Shown here: positions 24,159 to 34,099 of the stretch, in pieces
Layout: each line of letters begins with the position of its first letter
Numbering within the stretch: position 1 is the stretch's first letter
NCBI GenBank assembly: GCA_022969815.1
Contig: GCA_022969815.1_4535.1
DNA: 64,000 bases
From: Escherichia coli
GTDB taxonomy: Bacteria > Pseudomonadota > Gammaproteobacteria > Enterobacterales > Enterobacteriaceae
Reading direction: 5' to 3' (one strand)
The notes under the pieces: generated by a model
What the model saw: only the letters and a program-made list of their open reading frames with translations
Told to the model about the DNA's origin: nothing
Database searches by the model: none
Made by a program: the position numbers and the translations under genes

Positions 24159-25653
24159 GTCGATGGAAGAATTGGTTAAATATTATGTCCACACAGAAGA
24201 CCTGACAGATGCAGAGTTTACCAAGATCTATGATCTTTGCGAGCAGATTCAGCAAGGTCCGTGGGACAACGAAGAAGATTTTCGTAATGATGTAGGCGCA
24301 GAGACAGGGTTTTTGTTCTTTGATCCGTCTAATGGTATTGATGCTACACACTCCGAGGATTATCTGCCAGCAGGTGTTTCTTCTGTTACCACTACCGAAC
24401 ATTTTATTGATCTGCTTTTGGAGACAGCCTGGTGTGATTCGAAGCCTATCTACTACTGCATGAAGGATACGCTGCGTATGGCAGCAAGTCGTCTGTACGA
24501 TGGGAACTCCCGTTTATATACGGCTGTAGCCGCGCTTTATGGGAATGGTTGGACTGCCGATCAACTCCAAAAAGCTTGGGAAGAAGGGCATGGTGGGCGT
24601 GACGTTGTTATTTTCTCTGAAGTTTTAGGGGTGGATTCTATCTCCTATGAAAATATTCCACGCTTAGGGACAAAACCAGAAATCATAGATGGAGAAGAAA
24701 TGTTAGATCTTATTTTAGCTAAAGTGGCAGGGCGATCTATTCACGAAGTGTGCGTATCTACCAGAAAGATTTCCACAAGTCAAATGGAATCTCTTTTAAA
24801 GATTTTCACCCTGGTAACTGGTGAAGGGTATTGGAAAGATGCTGAACATTTTCTGATGTATAGTCGTGGTCTGTCTGAACACTACTCTTTCTATAGTTCT
24901 AAGTCGGGGATTGATGGTCACAACAGTCCACAAGGATTAGAAATAGGTGTTGACGAATTTATCAAACTGTTTTTGAAGCATTTAGGTATTGACAATACCG
25001 AGAAATCATTGGAAGATATCATTGCTGACTTAACAAAAGAAGGAGATAAAGTGGAAGAGAATACTTTTGAAGTTGAAGAATATGTGGACGAATATCTTCC
25101 GAACCCTGGTTTCCCTCCAGAGGGTAATCCTTATGTGAAGATCGTCTGCCGTAACGGGCAAACTTTCACAGGTCCAGCCGATGATATGGGTTGGAGAGTA
25201 GATGAGAACCATCCTGATAATTGGGATCTGGTGAAATACATGATTGTTCCGCGTGTAGCTAAAGTGGAGGCTGTTCGAGATGATGTGGTTGCTCCGGTAT
25301 ATGCACCTAAACCACGTTATCGCAAGACTCGCCAAAAACCTCCTGTAGGTAAGAAGCCAGTTGTGCGTATTCTCTACACCACACAACAAACCTACATGTT
25401 TAAGAATGTGGACAGTGTACAGGTTACAGGCGAGAAAGTGTATATCCAATATGCGCGTAATATTGCAGAAGGTATTGTTGAGTCTGTTGTTTCCGAGATC
25501 GACAGCAATCTGCTTCTCGCGGTGGTGATTGAAGAGAATGGACACCGTGATAACTTCTTAGCTAACATCGACGGTTCTTGGGATTACCAAGGTCATGATG
25601 GTACTGCCGTTAAAGGTGGTAAGCTGATGGGACGACAGTTCCTTTCTAAATAA
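24151..25653 (+). CDS. hypothetical protein, 500 aa
   Basis: ATG 24151 chosen (8-nt overlap with the upstream gene); no recognisable motif. Confidence 0.65.
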   Translation: MNKSMEELVKYYVHTEDLTDAEFTKIYDLCEQIQQGPWDNEEDFRNDVGAETGFLFFDPSNGIDATHSEDYLPAGVSSVTTTEHFIDLLLETAWCDSKPIYYCMKDTLRMAASRLYDGNSRLYTAVAALYGNGWTADQLQKAWEEGHGGRDVVIFSEVLGVDSISYENIPRLGTKPEIIDGEEMLDLILAKVAGRSIHEVCVSTRKISTSQMESLLKIFTLVTGEGYWKDAEHFLMYSRGLSEHYSFYSSKSGIDGHNSPQGLEIGVDEFIKLFLKHLGIDNTEKSLEDIIADLTKEGDKVEENTFEVEEYVDEYLPNPGFPPEGNPYVKIVCRNGQTFTGPADDMGWRVDENHPDNWDLVKYMIVPRVAKVEAVRDDVVAPVYAPKPRYRKTRQKPPVGKKPVVRILYTTQQTYMFKNVDSVQVTGEKVYIQYARNIAEGIVESVVSEIDSNLLLAVVIEENGHRDNFLANIDGSWDYQGHDGTAVKGGKLMGRQFLSK

Positions 25654-25658
25654 TGCAT

Positions 25659-25684
25659 AGGGCGCTCTCTGCGCCCTTTTTCTT
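25659..25684 (+). terminator. intrinsic terminator
   Basis: AGGGCGC-TCTCT-GCGCCCT followed by TTTTTCTTT. Confidence 0.65.
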
Positions 25685-25694
25685 TGGAGGTGAT

Positions 25695-25886
25695 ATGGTT
25701 ACGTATTTTGCAGTGAAAAACGAAGTAGGAACGGCTGGGAAGCTGATTATGGACAGCGATCGAGACACTCGTGAGGTTATTTGTATCCTGATTGATATTT
25801 TACAAAGAAAAGAGTTGCTTTCTGATCGAGATATTGCTAATCTACTTGGCATCGGCGGTGACGAACTTCAACGACTGCCATTCTAA
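25695..25886 (+). CDS. hypothetical protein, 63 aa
   Basis: ATG 25695 with GGAGG SD; the track start 25653 lies inside the terminator hairpin. Confidence 0.45.
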   Translation: MVTYFAVKNEVGTAGKLIMDSDRDTREVICILIDILQRKELLSDRDIANLLGIGGDELQRLPF

Positions 25887-25898
25887 AGGAGACTAACA

Positions 25899-26501
25899 AT
25901 GCAACAACTGATCGTTAATATGCCTCGCACTGGTAATGAAGTTTTTGGTGTACCAGTAGACAAAGTTTGGAAAGCACACTTTCATCTGACCTTAGCCGAG
26001 GTAAGTAGTGAAGAGCTTATGCGAGCAGCAAAGATTATCGGTGCAAAATGCACAACTATCGATCTACATCGTGACACGCAATCACAACGCGATCGTATGT
26101 TAACTAAGTATCAGGGTGGCATTGACACAGGCTTGATGTTGGAATGTGTGGCAAAGTTAAAAGCTGCTGGCTTCAAAGTGTTACGCTATAAACTGGAACA
26201 AATGTTCAAGGATGTAGAACATGTAATGCAGATGAACCTAAGCAAAGAGCACTACGGAGAGGTACACATCAAGACTCCTGCTTCTATGCCGGAGATTGAC
26301 ACTGGCTTCTTCCGTATCTCTTCTAATGCAGAAGAGGTGGATTATCGTTTCTATAATGCCCGTCTGTATACCGAAGAAGATAAGTTGCAGTTCAAGAAAG
26401 CTTATGATATGCTTCTGGCACATAATGTTGAAATAAAGGGCTACCATGTAGAACAAGTGGTAGTAGACAGTAATCTTAACTTAGACGCATGGTGGGCTTA
26501 A
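25899..26501 (+). CDS. hypothetical protein, 200 aa
   Basis: ATG 25899, AAGGAG SD. Confidence 0.6.
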   Translation: MQQLIVNMPRTGNEVFGVPVDKVWKAHFHLTLAEVSSEELMRAAKIIGAKCTTIDLHRDTQSQRDRMLTKYQGGIDTGLMLECVAKLKAAGFKVLRYKLEQMFKDVEHVMQMNLSKEHYGEVHIKTPASMPEIDTGFFRISSNAEEVDYRFYNARLYTEEDKLQFKKAYDMLLAHNVEIKGYHVEQVVVDSNLNLDAWWA

Positions 26502-26502
26502 T

Positions 26503-27159
26503 ATGACAATCAAACACATTTCTTTCGATGTATGGAACACACTGATCACAGCAAACCCAAATTACGCGGATATGCGAGCTTGGACTATCGCAAAATACGG
26601 AGATATTTCGGAAGTAGAAGCAAGAGCAGCTTACAAGAAGATCAAAAAGGAACTGGATAATGCGGCACTTCAGGGAACAGCCGAGTGTGCAGCATATGCC
26701 TGGGAAAGACTTGGTTACGAACTTGGGATAACACCTTTGAAGTCTGCAAAGCTTCGTTTCGAGTGTGAACAATGGTTCCTTAAGTTTCCACCTCATGTAG
26801 CTGTGGATCTACCGATGCACTTGCTATATCTTTCGGGGCGTTATGATTTGAGCATTAAGAGCAATACCAACTTCATATCAGGAGATATCTTGCGACGTGC
26901 CTGTAAGTTTGAAAGTTGGAATTGTTTTGAGTTCACACATTTCTCGGATGAAGCTTTACTTTGTAAACCAGATCCGCGATTCTTTGCTCGCACGATCACT
27001 TATTCTCCAATCCCTCTGGTAGGGCAGGAAGTGTTGCACGTAGGTGATAGTGAAGAATATGATGGAAAATGTGTTGACGTAGGATTTAACTTCTGTCATA
27101 TTAAGAACCCTAACGACTTGTTAGATAAACTTGCTAAAGGAGAACTTGTTAATGCGTAA
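26503..27159 (+). CDS. HAD-superfamily hydrolase, 218 aa
   Basis: motif I FDVWNTL (haloacid-dehalogenase-like), motif III KPDP, motif IV GDSEEYD. Confidence 0.65.
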   Translation: MTIKHISFDVWNTLITANPNYADMRAWTIAKYGDISEVEARAAYKKIKKELDNAALQGTAECAAYAWERLGYELGITPLKSAKLRFECEQWFLKFPPHVAVDLPMHLLYLSGRYDLSIKSNTNFISGDILRRACKFESWNCFEFTHFSDEALLCKPDPRFFARTITYSPIPLVGQEVLHVGDSEEYDGKCVDVGFNFCHIKNPNDLLDKLAKGELVNA

Positions 27160-27979
27160 TCAAACTCAAATCTTTGCTCACAAATTTGATAATCTGGAAA
27201 CTGCTCGCTTTGATATTCGTGATTATTCCAAACTGAAGTTTGGTAGCAACCAGGCGGCACGCCGTATGGGGAAAACATTAGCAGTCTCTTTCTATGACTT
27301 GGTAGTCAAGAATATGCCGGAAGAAGAGTTTGTGGTGATCCCTTCACCTTACAATCATGTGCATAACGCAGCAACGATGATGACCAATCAGTTCATCAAC
27401 TTCCTGAACCTGTTGCTGTTGAATCACAAGGGTAGCCGTGCAGTAGAGTTGGATACGATCCACCGCAAGGTGAGTTACATTAACGATTATGGTTTCCTGG
27501 ACAAAGCAAGCCGTAAGAAACTGATCGACGGGGACACATTTTATTGCAACAAAGATTTTTGGGGCAACAAGAAGTTGATCTTCATTGATGATGTGAACAT
27601 CACGGGGACTCATGAAGACAAACTCATTGAGATCCTGGATGAAAACAAAGTTACAAACGATGTTTACTTCCTGTATTTTGCCAAGTACACTGGTAATCAA
27701 GCAGACACAGAAGCTAAACTGAACTTCAATCATATTAACACGACAGATGCTTTTGTTAAGATGATCAATGAAGAACAGGATGCACAATGTTTGGTTCGTC
27801 CTATCAAGTATCTGATGGGACAAGCACCGGAAGAGTTTAAAATCATTCTCTCCCGTCTGCCACACCGTTATGTAGAAGCACTGTTCTTTGGGTGTCTTGG
27901 GGAAGGTTATGACAAGATCGAGAAGTATTCTGAAAACTTCGTCTTCCTGAACCGTTACTTTAACCAACATATCCTGTAA
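27152..27979 (+). CDS. phosphoribosyltransferase-like protein, 275 aa
   Basis: PRPP-binding-loop-like LIFIDDVNITGT; ATG 27152 with AAAGGAG SD chosen. Confidence 0.5.
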   Translation: MRNQTQIFAHKFDNLETARFDIRDYSKLKFGSNQAARRMGKTLAVSFYDLVVKNMPEEEFVVIPSPYNHVHNAATMMTNQFINFLNLLLLNHKGSRAVELDTIHRKVSYINDYGFLDKASRKKLIDGDTFYCNKDFWGNKKLIFIDDVNITGTHEDKLIEILDENKVTNDVYFLYFAKYTGNQADTEAKLNFNHINTTDAFVKMINEEQDAQCLVRPIKYLMGQAPEEFKIILSRLPHRYVEALFFGCLGEGYDKIEKYSENFVFLNRYFNQHIL

Positions 27980-27988
27980 GGAGGCAAA

Positions 27989-28462
27989 ATGTTGAAGGTT
28001 GTTACTGGGAATCTGATCGATGCAGCCAAGAATGGGGAAGTGAACGTTATAGCCCACTGTTGTAACTGTATGTGTAATATGGGTGCAGGAATTGCTCCGC
28101 AAATTAAACGAGCATTTCCTTATGCATATGCAGCAGATCTGGGCACAATGGCAGGTGATCAAAGTAAGTTAGGTTATTTTAGTTTAGGGGTGCCAGACGA
28201 ACAATCAGATCCTTTGGTATATAATCTATACGGGCAGTATCGTTATGGATACAATGCTAAAGGTCGTCAGTTGGACTATGATGCCCTCTACGATGCACTA
28301 ATAGCTATGGCTAATGATTTGCTTCTCCGTGACCAAAAATGTAAGATCGGTTTACCTATGATTGGAGCGGGACACGCTGGAGGTAATTGGGCTATCATCC
28401 AAGTGATGATTGAAGAAACTTTAGTAAAAACAGGTCACGATGTGACTATCTATAAACTTTAA
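27989..28462 (+). CDS. macro-domain protein, 157 aa
   Basis: VVTGNLIDA...VNVIAHCCNC...GAGIA and later GAGHAGG match the macro-domain (ADP-ribose binding/hydrolase) pattern. Confidence 0.7.
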   Translation: MLKVVTGNLIDAAKNGEVNVIAHCCNCMCNMGAGIAPQIKRAFPYAYAADLGTMAGDQSKLGYFSLGVPDEQSDPLVYNLYGQYRYGYNAKGRQLDYDALYDALIAMANDLLLRDQKCKIGLPMIGAGHAGGNWAIIQVMIEETLVKTGHDVTIYKL

Positions 28463-28475
28463 GAGGAGAAATATT

Positions 28476-28697
28476 ATGGGCGTTTTAGCAGGTATTCTTG
28501 CAGTGATTATTGTGTTTGTTATTGCTTTTCTGATCAGTATGATTCCAGCATGGCTTCTGCTGCTGGCTTATAACTACGTTGTTGAAATGATGGGTCACAC
28601 AGATATCACTGTTCCTATCACCTTCTGGACTGTGGTGTGTGTGGCATTTATCATGGCTGTACTACGTGGGATCTTTTCCTCAAGTTCTTCAAAATAA
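28476..28697 (+). CDS. small membrane protein with two hydrophobic segments, 73 aa
   Basis: AGGAG SD; predicted TM segments. Confidence 0.55.
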   Translation: MGVLAGILAVIIVFVIAFLISMIPAWLLLLAYNYVVEMMGHTDITVPITFWTVVCVAFIMAVLRGIFSSSSSK

Positions 28698-28700
28698 GTG

Positions 28701-28759
28701 TTGACAAAGTTTTAGAATAGAGTAAGATGTATCACATGAGGCGGGGAGTGGTTCCCCGC
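28701..28759 (+). promoter_or_regulatory. early-type promoter-hairpin module on the + strand, upstream of terC
   Basis: -35 TTGACA 28701-28706, 16-nt spacer, -10 TAAGAT 28723-28728, then GTATCACAT and hairpin GCGGGGAGTGGTTCCCCGC 28741-28759. Confidence 0.65.
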
Positions 28760-28778
28760 AAAGAGAAAGGAGAAAATA

Positions 28779-29753
28779 ATGCAACTTGGTTTCCCCATTA
28801 TTGATGTAGTGGTTCTGGTAGGTATCTTAGTACTGTCTATTGCGGTGGATTTTTTCGGGCACCGTGAGAACAAGGAGATCTCATTCAAATCAGCAGTCGG
28901 TTGGTCAATCTTTTGGATTGGGGTGTCACTGGCGTACTACGGTTTTGTATACTTCCAACATGGCGCTGACTTCGCCAACCTGTTCCTAAGTGGGTATGTG
29001 TTAGAGAAGTCGCTTTCGGTAGATAACTTAGTTGTGTTTGTGGCAGTGTTCACCAGTTTCGGTATTAAGAGCACGCACTTACAACATAAGATTCTGCTGT
29101 GGGGTATTGCAGGTGCGATTGTCTTCCGAGGTGTGTTTGTAGCAGCAGGTACTTACTTGTTAAGTTTGGGCTGGTATGTTAACATTATCTTCGGTGCTGT
29201 TATCCTGTTCTGTGCATTCAAAATGGTAATGGCTGGCGGGGATGATGAAGAAGTTGATTACTCTAAACATTGGGCTACCCGCGTCGTTCGTAAACTGTTC
29301 CCAGTATCGGATCAGATGGATGGTGAGAAGTTCTTCACGATTAAGAATGGTGTTCGTGTAGCAACTCCGGCTCTGGTTTGTGTGTTCGTGATGGAAATGG
29401 TAGATGTGATCTTTGCAGTAGACTCGGTTCCGGCTGTAATTGCAGTGACACAAGAACCTCTGCTGGTGTTCTCTTCGATGCTCTGTGCAATCTTAGGCTT
29501 ACGTGCTCTGTTCTTTGTTCTTAGTGTGGCCCTGAAGTATCTGGTTCACCTGGAGAAAGCAGTTATCGCGGTACTGGTGTTTGTTGGTGTGAAACTGATG
29601 TATCACCCGTTTGCAGAAACGCTGCACGCAAAAGTGAGCTTCCTGCCAGCGCATATTGACCCGACGATCAGCATGTATATCGTGCTTGGTACTCTGACCC
29701 TGGGCGTGATTGCAAGTTTCATCTTCCCTGAAAAAGAAGAAGCTACCGCTTAA
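28779..29753 (+). CDS. terC: TerC-family integral membrane protein, 324 aa
   Basis: multiple TM helices and the TerC signature EKSLSVDNL. Confidence 0.8.
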   Translation: MQLGFPIIDVVVLVGILVLSIAVDFFGHRENKEISFKSAVGWSIFWIGVSLAYYGFVYFQHGADFANLFLSGYVLEKSLSVDNLVVFVAVFTSFGIKSTHLQHKILLWGIAGAIVFRGVFVAAGTYLLSLGWYVNIIFGAVILFCAFKMVMAGGDDEEVDYSKHWATRVVRKLFPVSDQMDGEKFFTIKNGVRVATPALVCVFVMEMVDVIFAVDSVPAVIAVTQEPLLVFSSMLCAILGLRALFFVLSVALKYLVHLEKAVIAVLVFVGVKLMYHPFAETLHAKVSFLPAHIDPTISMYIVLGTLTLGVIASFIFPEKEEATA

Positions 29754-29761
29754 TACCAATG

Positions 29762-29786
29762 AACCTCCTTCGGGAGGTTTCTTACT
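29762..29786 (+). terminator. candidate intrinsic terminator after terC
   Basis: AACCTCC-TTCG-GGAGGTT followed by a T-rich tract. Confidence 0.55.
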
Positions 29787-29801
29787 AACATAGGAGGAAT
29801 T

Positions 29802-30152
29802 ATGTCTGTATATTTTGACGATGTTCAGGAATATGTTTGGTGTCTTTCTGGCACAATCTCGGAGGTAGAAGCTGCGATTCAAGAGGTTTTTCCTTACGCT
29901 TATGTAGAAGTTAAACAGGCACCTCCTATGGATCTTCCCCCTAATGTGGAAGCTTGTTGTGGTTCCGGCGAGGGTACAGTCATCCCAGTTCTGCGTTACG
30001 AACTACAAGCAGCAAGTGCAAATGTCGATGATATTATTACAGAAATTAAGGCGTATGGTTTCTGGACCTCTCCTTACGCTAAATGGGATAACTCTGACAC
30101 TTGGGATTTATTCTTCTGGGATAATGAGACAGATGACGAGGTATTTCTGTAA
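29802..30152 (+). CDS. hypothetical protein, 116 aa
   Basis: ATG 29802, AGGAGG SD. Confidence 0.55.
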   Translation: MSVYFDDVQEYVWCLSGTISEVEAAIQEVFPYAYVEVKQAPPMDLPPNVEACCGSGEGTVIPVLRYELQAASANVDDIITEIKAYGFWTSPYAKWDNSDTWDLFFWDNETDDEVFL

Positions 30153-30394
30153 TGAAAGTTGTTTGGGTTGTGTTTGAAAATATTTGTTTTGCAATAGGTT
30201 TGTTCGTCATACTTTTTGTGTTGACAAACGTGATCAATGGTAGTAAAGTATCCCTATACAAAGACGGGGAGCAGATTTACTGCTTCTCTGGAGATTTCAA
30301 ACACACCTGTGTTAATATGCAGAAAGAAGAAACTCCACACCAGAAGTCAAGAGAAGATTTTGATTGGTGGTCACTACTTAATAACTTAAGATGA
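30152..30394 (+). CDS. small protein with N-terminal TM helix, 80 aa
   Basis: hydrophobic N-terminus VVWVVFENICFAIGLFVILFVL. Confidence 0.5.
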   Translation: MKVVWVVFENICFAIGLFVILFVLTNVINGSKVSLYKDGEQIYCFSGDFKHTCVNMQKEETPHQKSREDFDWWSLLNNLR

Positions 30395-30403
30395 GGAGAA
30401 AAT

Positions 30404-31270
30404 ATGAAAAATATTCAGCCATTACCTGTAGTTGGGGATTTGTATTTCTTATCTGGTACGGGTTATTCCCCAGAAGCATTAGAAGTTAACAAGAACGTCT
30501 TCCGAGTGAAAGAAATAAGAGAAGAATGTAATGAAATTGTTTTCGAAGGTATTACTAACGGAGTTCTTCAGTATGCAGAGATGCGTAGCTGCTTCCAGCA
30601 ACCTTTCCGCCCGTTGGCAGACGAGTATAAGATTGCGGTAAATATTGACGATCTTAAAAAATCTCCTTTGTTTGAAGGGTTCTCTGCTTTTATGGCAGAT
30701 ACTTATGTTGATGTAAAGAGATCTAACCTTTTCGCAGGGGATAATTTCCCTCACTTTGTAGCAGAGAAAAGTCATGGTTTTTCCGATTATGTGGATGCTG
30801 TAAACTATGATGTTTCTGAATTGACAGGAGAGCAGGATTATCTCCTGTTGTCTCCTGAAGATTTCATGAGTGTAATGTATGCCGTAGCTGAACAGAAATG
30901 GAAGAAAGAAGAACCTGTAGCCAAAGTTAAAAAGGTTAAAGGTAAACGTGCCAAAGGTGTTCCAGAACGTAAGCGCACCGTAAATAAGGCGACAGTTTTC
31001 TTTACCAGCGGTGAGCAATATACGATCAAAGGTTTTAAAGAAGTGGGTTACACTGCTGGCGGAAACCTTATGTTCTTCACAGTTGCAGAAGAAGGAGAAA
31101 CTTTTATCCGTTTTTCCAATATGTGGGAAATGTCTGTAGAAGATATTAAAAGTGTTGTTGTTTTAGGTGTACATAAGAGTTTCATTATTAACCAAATCTC
31201 TGATTTCAGTGCACACTTAACGGCACCAGATTTCGAAACTACCACAACAAGCTTTAACTTCAAGGTGTAA
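30404..31270 (+). CDS. hypothetical protein, 288 aa
   Basis: ATG 30404, GAGGAG SD. Confidence 0.6.
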   Translation: MKNIQPLPVVGDLYFLSGTGYSPEALEVNKNVFRVKEIREECNEIVFEGITNGVLQYAEMRSCFQQPFRPLADEYKIAVNIDDLKKSPLFEGFSAFMADTYVDVKRSNLFAGDNFPHFVAEKSHGFSDYVDAVNYDVSELTGEQDYLLLSPEDFMSVMYAVAEQKWKKEEPVAKVKKVKGKRAKGVPERKRTVNKATVFFTSGEQYTIKGFKEVGYTAGGNLMFFTVAEEGETFIRFSNMWEMSVEDIKSVVVLGVHKSFIINQISDFSAHLTAPDFETTTTSFNFKV

Positions 31271-31273
31271 TGC

Positions 31274-31864
31274 ATGAATACCGAGAGAGATTTAAAACTC
31301 TTGTGGTGGGAAGTGATGCAGGAGATCAAGGAAGATTTCCCTGTTTACTACAACATGCTACGTGAAGCTGGATATACGGCTTGCGTTAGGAACAAAGTGA
31401 ATAACTCTTTCGGTTGGTGCAACTACCGAGAAAAGATTGTTGTTGTGAATTGGTACTTGCATAAAAACTCCACAAGGGATATGATAGTGGACACAATGAA
31501 GCATGAAATTGCTCATGCTATTGATGGTTGTATGGGTAAGTTCAGTCGTCATGGACCACACTGGCAAAAACTGGCAGCAGAGTTGGGAGCCAATCCTAAA
31601 GCTACTTCCAAAGAACCGTTCAATCATGAATACAAATATGTTCTTGTTTTGGTAGACAGATTTGCCACAAGATGTGTTAGAGGGTATAATCGTAAACCTA
31701 ACCGTATGACTCCAGGGAAACAACCACATATTTGGTTGAAGAGTGATAAAGAGGGGACAGAAGGAAAAATATGGTTGTATAAATGGGAAGATTGGGTTAA
31801 AGTAGCTAAAGAATATGGTGTTTCACCTTACACAAGAGAAATAGAAGAGGAGAATGAAGAATGA
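31274..31864 (+). CDS. SprT-like zinc metallopeptidase, 196 aa
   Basis: HExxH motif MKHEIAHAIDG with a downstream H and SprT-like N-terminal region. Confidence 0.6.
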   Translation: MNTERDLKLLWWEVMQEIKEDFPVYYNMLREAGYTACVRNKVNNSFGWCNYREKIVVVNWYLHKNSTRDMIVDTMKHEIAHAIDGCMGKFSRHGPHWQKLAAELGANPKATSKEPFNHEYKYVLVLVDRFATRCVRGYNRKPNRMTPGKQPHIWLKSDKEGTEGKIWLYKWEDWVKVAKEYGVSPYTREIEEENEE

Positions 31865-32973
31865 CAAGTCCATTTTTGAAAGCGGCAACTGGTGGTCAAA
31901 AGAAATCTGAAACGAGTGTACTGACTGCTACTACAGACGCAAGCAAGTCCGTGTTCGCTCCGAGTGTCCTGGATGCAAGTCCGGTGTATGCTCCAGCAGC
32001 GCCAAAAGCTGTGCCTACCCTGCCAACAATGTCTCGTAAAGAGATTGAAGAAGTAGGTGCAGAAGCAGGTTTAACTCTCCGTTCTCTGAACGCTGAAGTG
32101 CTGAAGCACCAACGTAGCAATCAAGGTGACGAAATGAGTCAACGCCTTACCGCCTTGATTAAACAAGCCAAACAGCTTGATCCTGCCTCCATTAAGCAGA
32201 GTAAAGGTGTAGGTAAACTCATCAAGAAACTGATGGGGATGAAAGAAGATCTCTTCGGCGAGTTTGATAACGTGAACAACCGTATCGAAGAACTCGTTAA
32301 GAATCTTCAAATGGATATCCGTAAAGAAGAAGACTCTCTGGTGTACCTGGAGAAGCTGCACCAGGCGATCGGGCAGTACGCCGCAAGTCTGAATCGTGAT
32401 ATGGAATTACTCACAGCAGCTTATGAGCAAGAACTGGCTACTTTTGAAGCCACACCAGAAGATGATGTAGAAGCCCGTCAGAGCGTCCGTGACACGCTTG
32501 ATCTTCTGGAGATACGTATTGCTGACTTAAAGGCATTACGCTTGCTGTGCGTGCAAATGGGGCCGCGTGTACTGGGTATGCAGAAAGTATCTGCCAGCCT
32601 CATGCGTTCTGCTCGTAATATTGTGAACAATGTGATTCCTGCTTACTCTGCCAACTTCTCAATGTATATTGAAAGTCTGCGCCAGAAGAAAGCAGCAGAA
32701 ACACAGAACAACGTTCTGGACGAGTTCAACCTGGCAATCAAACTGGGTAGCGATCTTGCCACACAGAATCAGATCGAAGCAGCAGCACTGGCTAACCGCC
32801 AAGTGTTGGATATTGAAACCCTGCGTCACGATCAGGAAAACTTGGTTAAGATGTTGGAAGAAACTAACCGCATCAATACGGAAGCCCGTGCTGCCCGTGT
32901 TGATTACATCAATGAAGTTCAATCTCTCGAAGATGGGATGGTTGATGCTGTTAAGAAGGGGCTTGGTAAATGA
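31861..32973 (+). CDS. coiled-coil protein, possibly TelA-like, 370 aa
   Basis: long helical, charged repeats; size and composition are compatible with TelA-type proteins; family assignment unverified. Confidence 0.55.
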   Translation: MTSPFLKAATGGQKKSETSVLTATTDASKSVFAPSVLDASPVYAPAAPKAVPTLPTMSRKEIEEVGAEAGLTLRSLNAEVLKHQRSNQGDEMSQRLTALIKQAKQLDPASIKQSKGVGKLIKKLMGMKEDLFGEFDNVNNRIEELVKNLQMDIRKEEDSLVYLEKLHQAIGQYAASLNRDMELLTAAYEQELATFEATPEDDVEARQSVRDTLDLLEIRIADLKALRLLCVQMGPRVLGMQKVSASLMRSARNIVNNVIPAYSANFSMYIESLRQKKAAETQNNVLDEFNLAIKLGSDLATQNQIEAAALANRQVLDIETLRHDQENLVKMLEETNRINTEARAARVDYINEVQSLEDGMVDAVKKGLGK

Positions 32974-33164
32974 GAATCCGTATCTATATAATTGATGATA
33001 GTTTTGGTGTACGTTATGATGACGAACGTCGATTCGCACCTATGAGCAGCGTACATCCCCCAAGCATTTTAGCAAGTTTACGGAAAGATTATTCTTATGA
33101 AACTTGTAATAGTTTCGGTTTTGAGATTCTTTCAGATATAGAATTTAATGAGGAAGAAGAATGA
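32970..33164 (+). CDS. hypothetical protein, 64 aa
   Basis: ATGA overlap. Confidence 0.45.
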   Translation: MRIRIYIIDDSFGVRYDDERRFAPMSSVHPPSILASLRKDYSYETCNSFGFEILSDIEFNEEEE

Positions 33165-33334
33165 AAATTTTACGAGTGAGCATCGAAACAGCTTGGTGTG
33201 GATGTAGTGAGGTTGTTGATATTGAGATTGAAGAGGATATGTCTCAAGAAGATATCGAAGATCTTGCAAAAGAAACATTCCAGGATTATTGTAACTACGG
33301 GTTCCATATTTTAGAGGAGGGAGAAGATGTTTAA
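33161..33334 (+). CDS. small acidic protein with CGC motif, 57 aa (not in ORF track)
   Basis: ATGA overlap; the stop overlaps the next ATG; reads MKILRVSIETAWCGCSEVVDIEIEEDMSQEDIEDLAKETFQDYCNYGFHILEEGEDV. Confidence 0.4.
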   Translation: MKILRVSIETAWCGCSEVVDIEIEEDMSQEDIEDLAKETFQDYCNYGFHILEEGEDV

Positions 33335-33530
33335 CTACGAGAACGACCCTAACATTATCCAGTTAACTCGACAAGAACTGATCACAATCATGGAAGATGC
33401 TTTTATCGATGGGTGGAAGACTCAAAACTATGATTGGAGTGGCCCAGAAGACTTTCTGCGTCTTCATAAAGAGTATGACGAGTCCAGTGAGACGACTATT
33501 GCCATTGACGATCTTAAGGCAGGTGTATAA
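33327..33530 (+). CDS. hypothetical protein, 67 aa
   Basis: GGAGGGAG SD. Confidence 0.5.
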   Translation: MFNYENDPNIIQLTRQELITIMEDAFIDGWKTQNYDWSGPEDFLRLHKEYDESSETTIAIDDLKAGV

Positions 33531-34099
33531 TGGGTTGCTTTAGTTTTCTGTGTAAGGAGTCGGGCAAAGCTGCCCTCTCCACCTCTTTCGATGGATCTCC
33601 TTGCTATCTCTTTCTACTGAAAGATGGAAAGGTTATCGAAGAGATGCACGGCAATTATGATAGTTATGGGCGTGTCTTCTCCAGTAAGCAGGATGCTCAC
33701 GGGAACAGAGAAAGCTTTAAATGGACTATACCTTGGAGCGACGTTTGTGATCTTATGTTCTCTGTAAACCGTGGAGACGGTATTGCTATGGTTTTAGCAG
33801 AACACTTTACAGGAGAAGCCCCCACAGAACGATCCGAGGATGATCCTAATCAAGGTTGGGGAGACGGAGAAGAAGAGGAAGAAGAGGATTATTTCTACAG
33901 CACCGAAAATAATATTTTCAAACGTGTTGACAACCCTTATCATAAAGTGCATAATGTCCTCACTGAAACAGAAGACGACAAAATGGAAATTGAAGAAGAT
34001 GATCCTCTTGTAACACTGCCTACAAGCGAGTTACAAAAAATCATCAAAGAAGCTTACGATTTGGGCTTCAAAACTGGTAAAGGAGGAGTTAATGTTTGA
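33530..34099 (+). CDS. hypothetical protein with polyacidic tract, 189 aa
   Basis: GEEEEEEDYFY acidic run. Confidence 0.55.
   Translation: MGCFSFLCKESGKAALSTSFDGSPCYLFLLKDGKVIEEMHGNYDSYGRVFSSKQDAHGNRESFKWTIPWSDVCDLMFSVNRGDGIAMVLAEHFTGEAPTERSEDDPNQGWGDGEEEEEEDYFYSTENNIFKRVDNPYHKVHNVLTETEDDKMEIEEDDPLVTLPTSELQKIIKEAYDLGFKTGKGGVNV

Noticed and set aside
24151-25653. The 500-aa protein as a nicotinamide phosphoribosyltransferase partnering the PRTase-like gene in an NAD-salvage pathway
   Set aside because: The size is compatible but I could not recognise any Nampt/NadV signature by eye; left as hypothetical.
31861-32973. The 370-aa coiled-coil protein as a tape-measure or structural protein
   Set aside because: It lies in the middle of the metabolic and Ter-like block on the opposite strand from the tail genes and is too short for a tape measure; TelA-like is only a tentative alternative.
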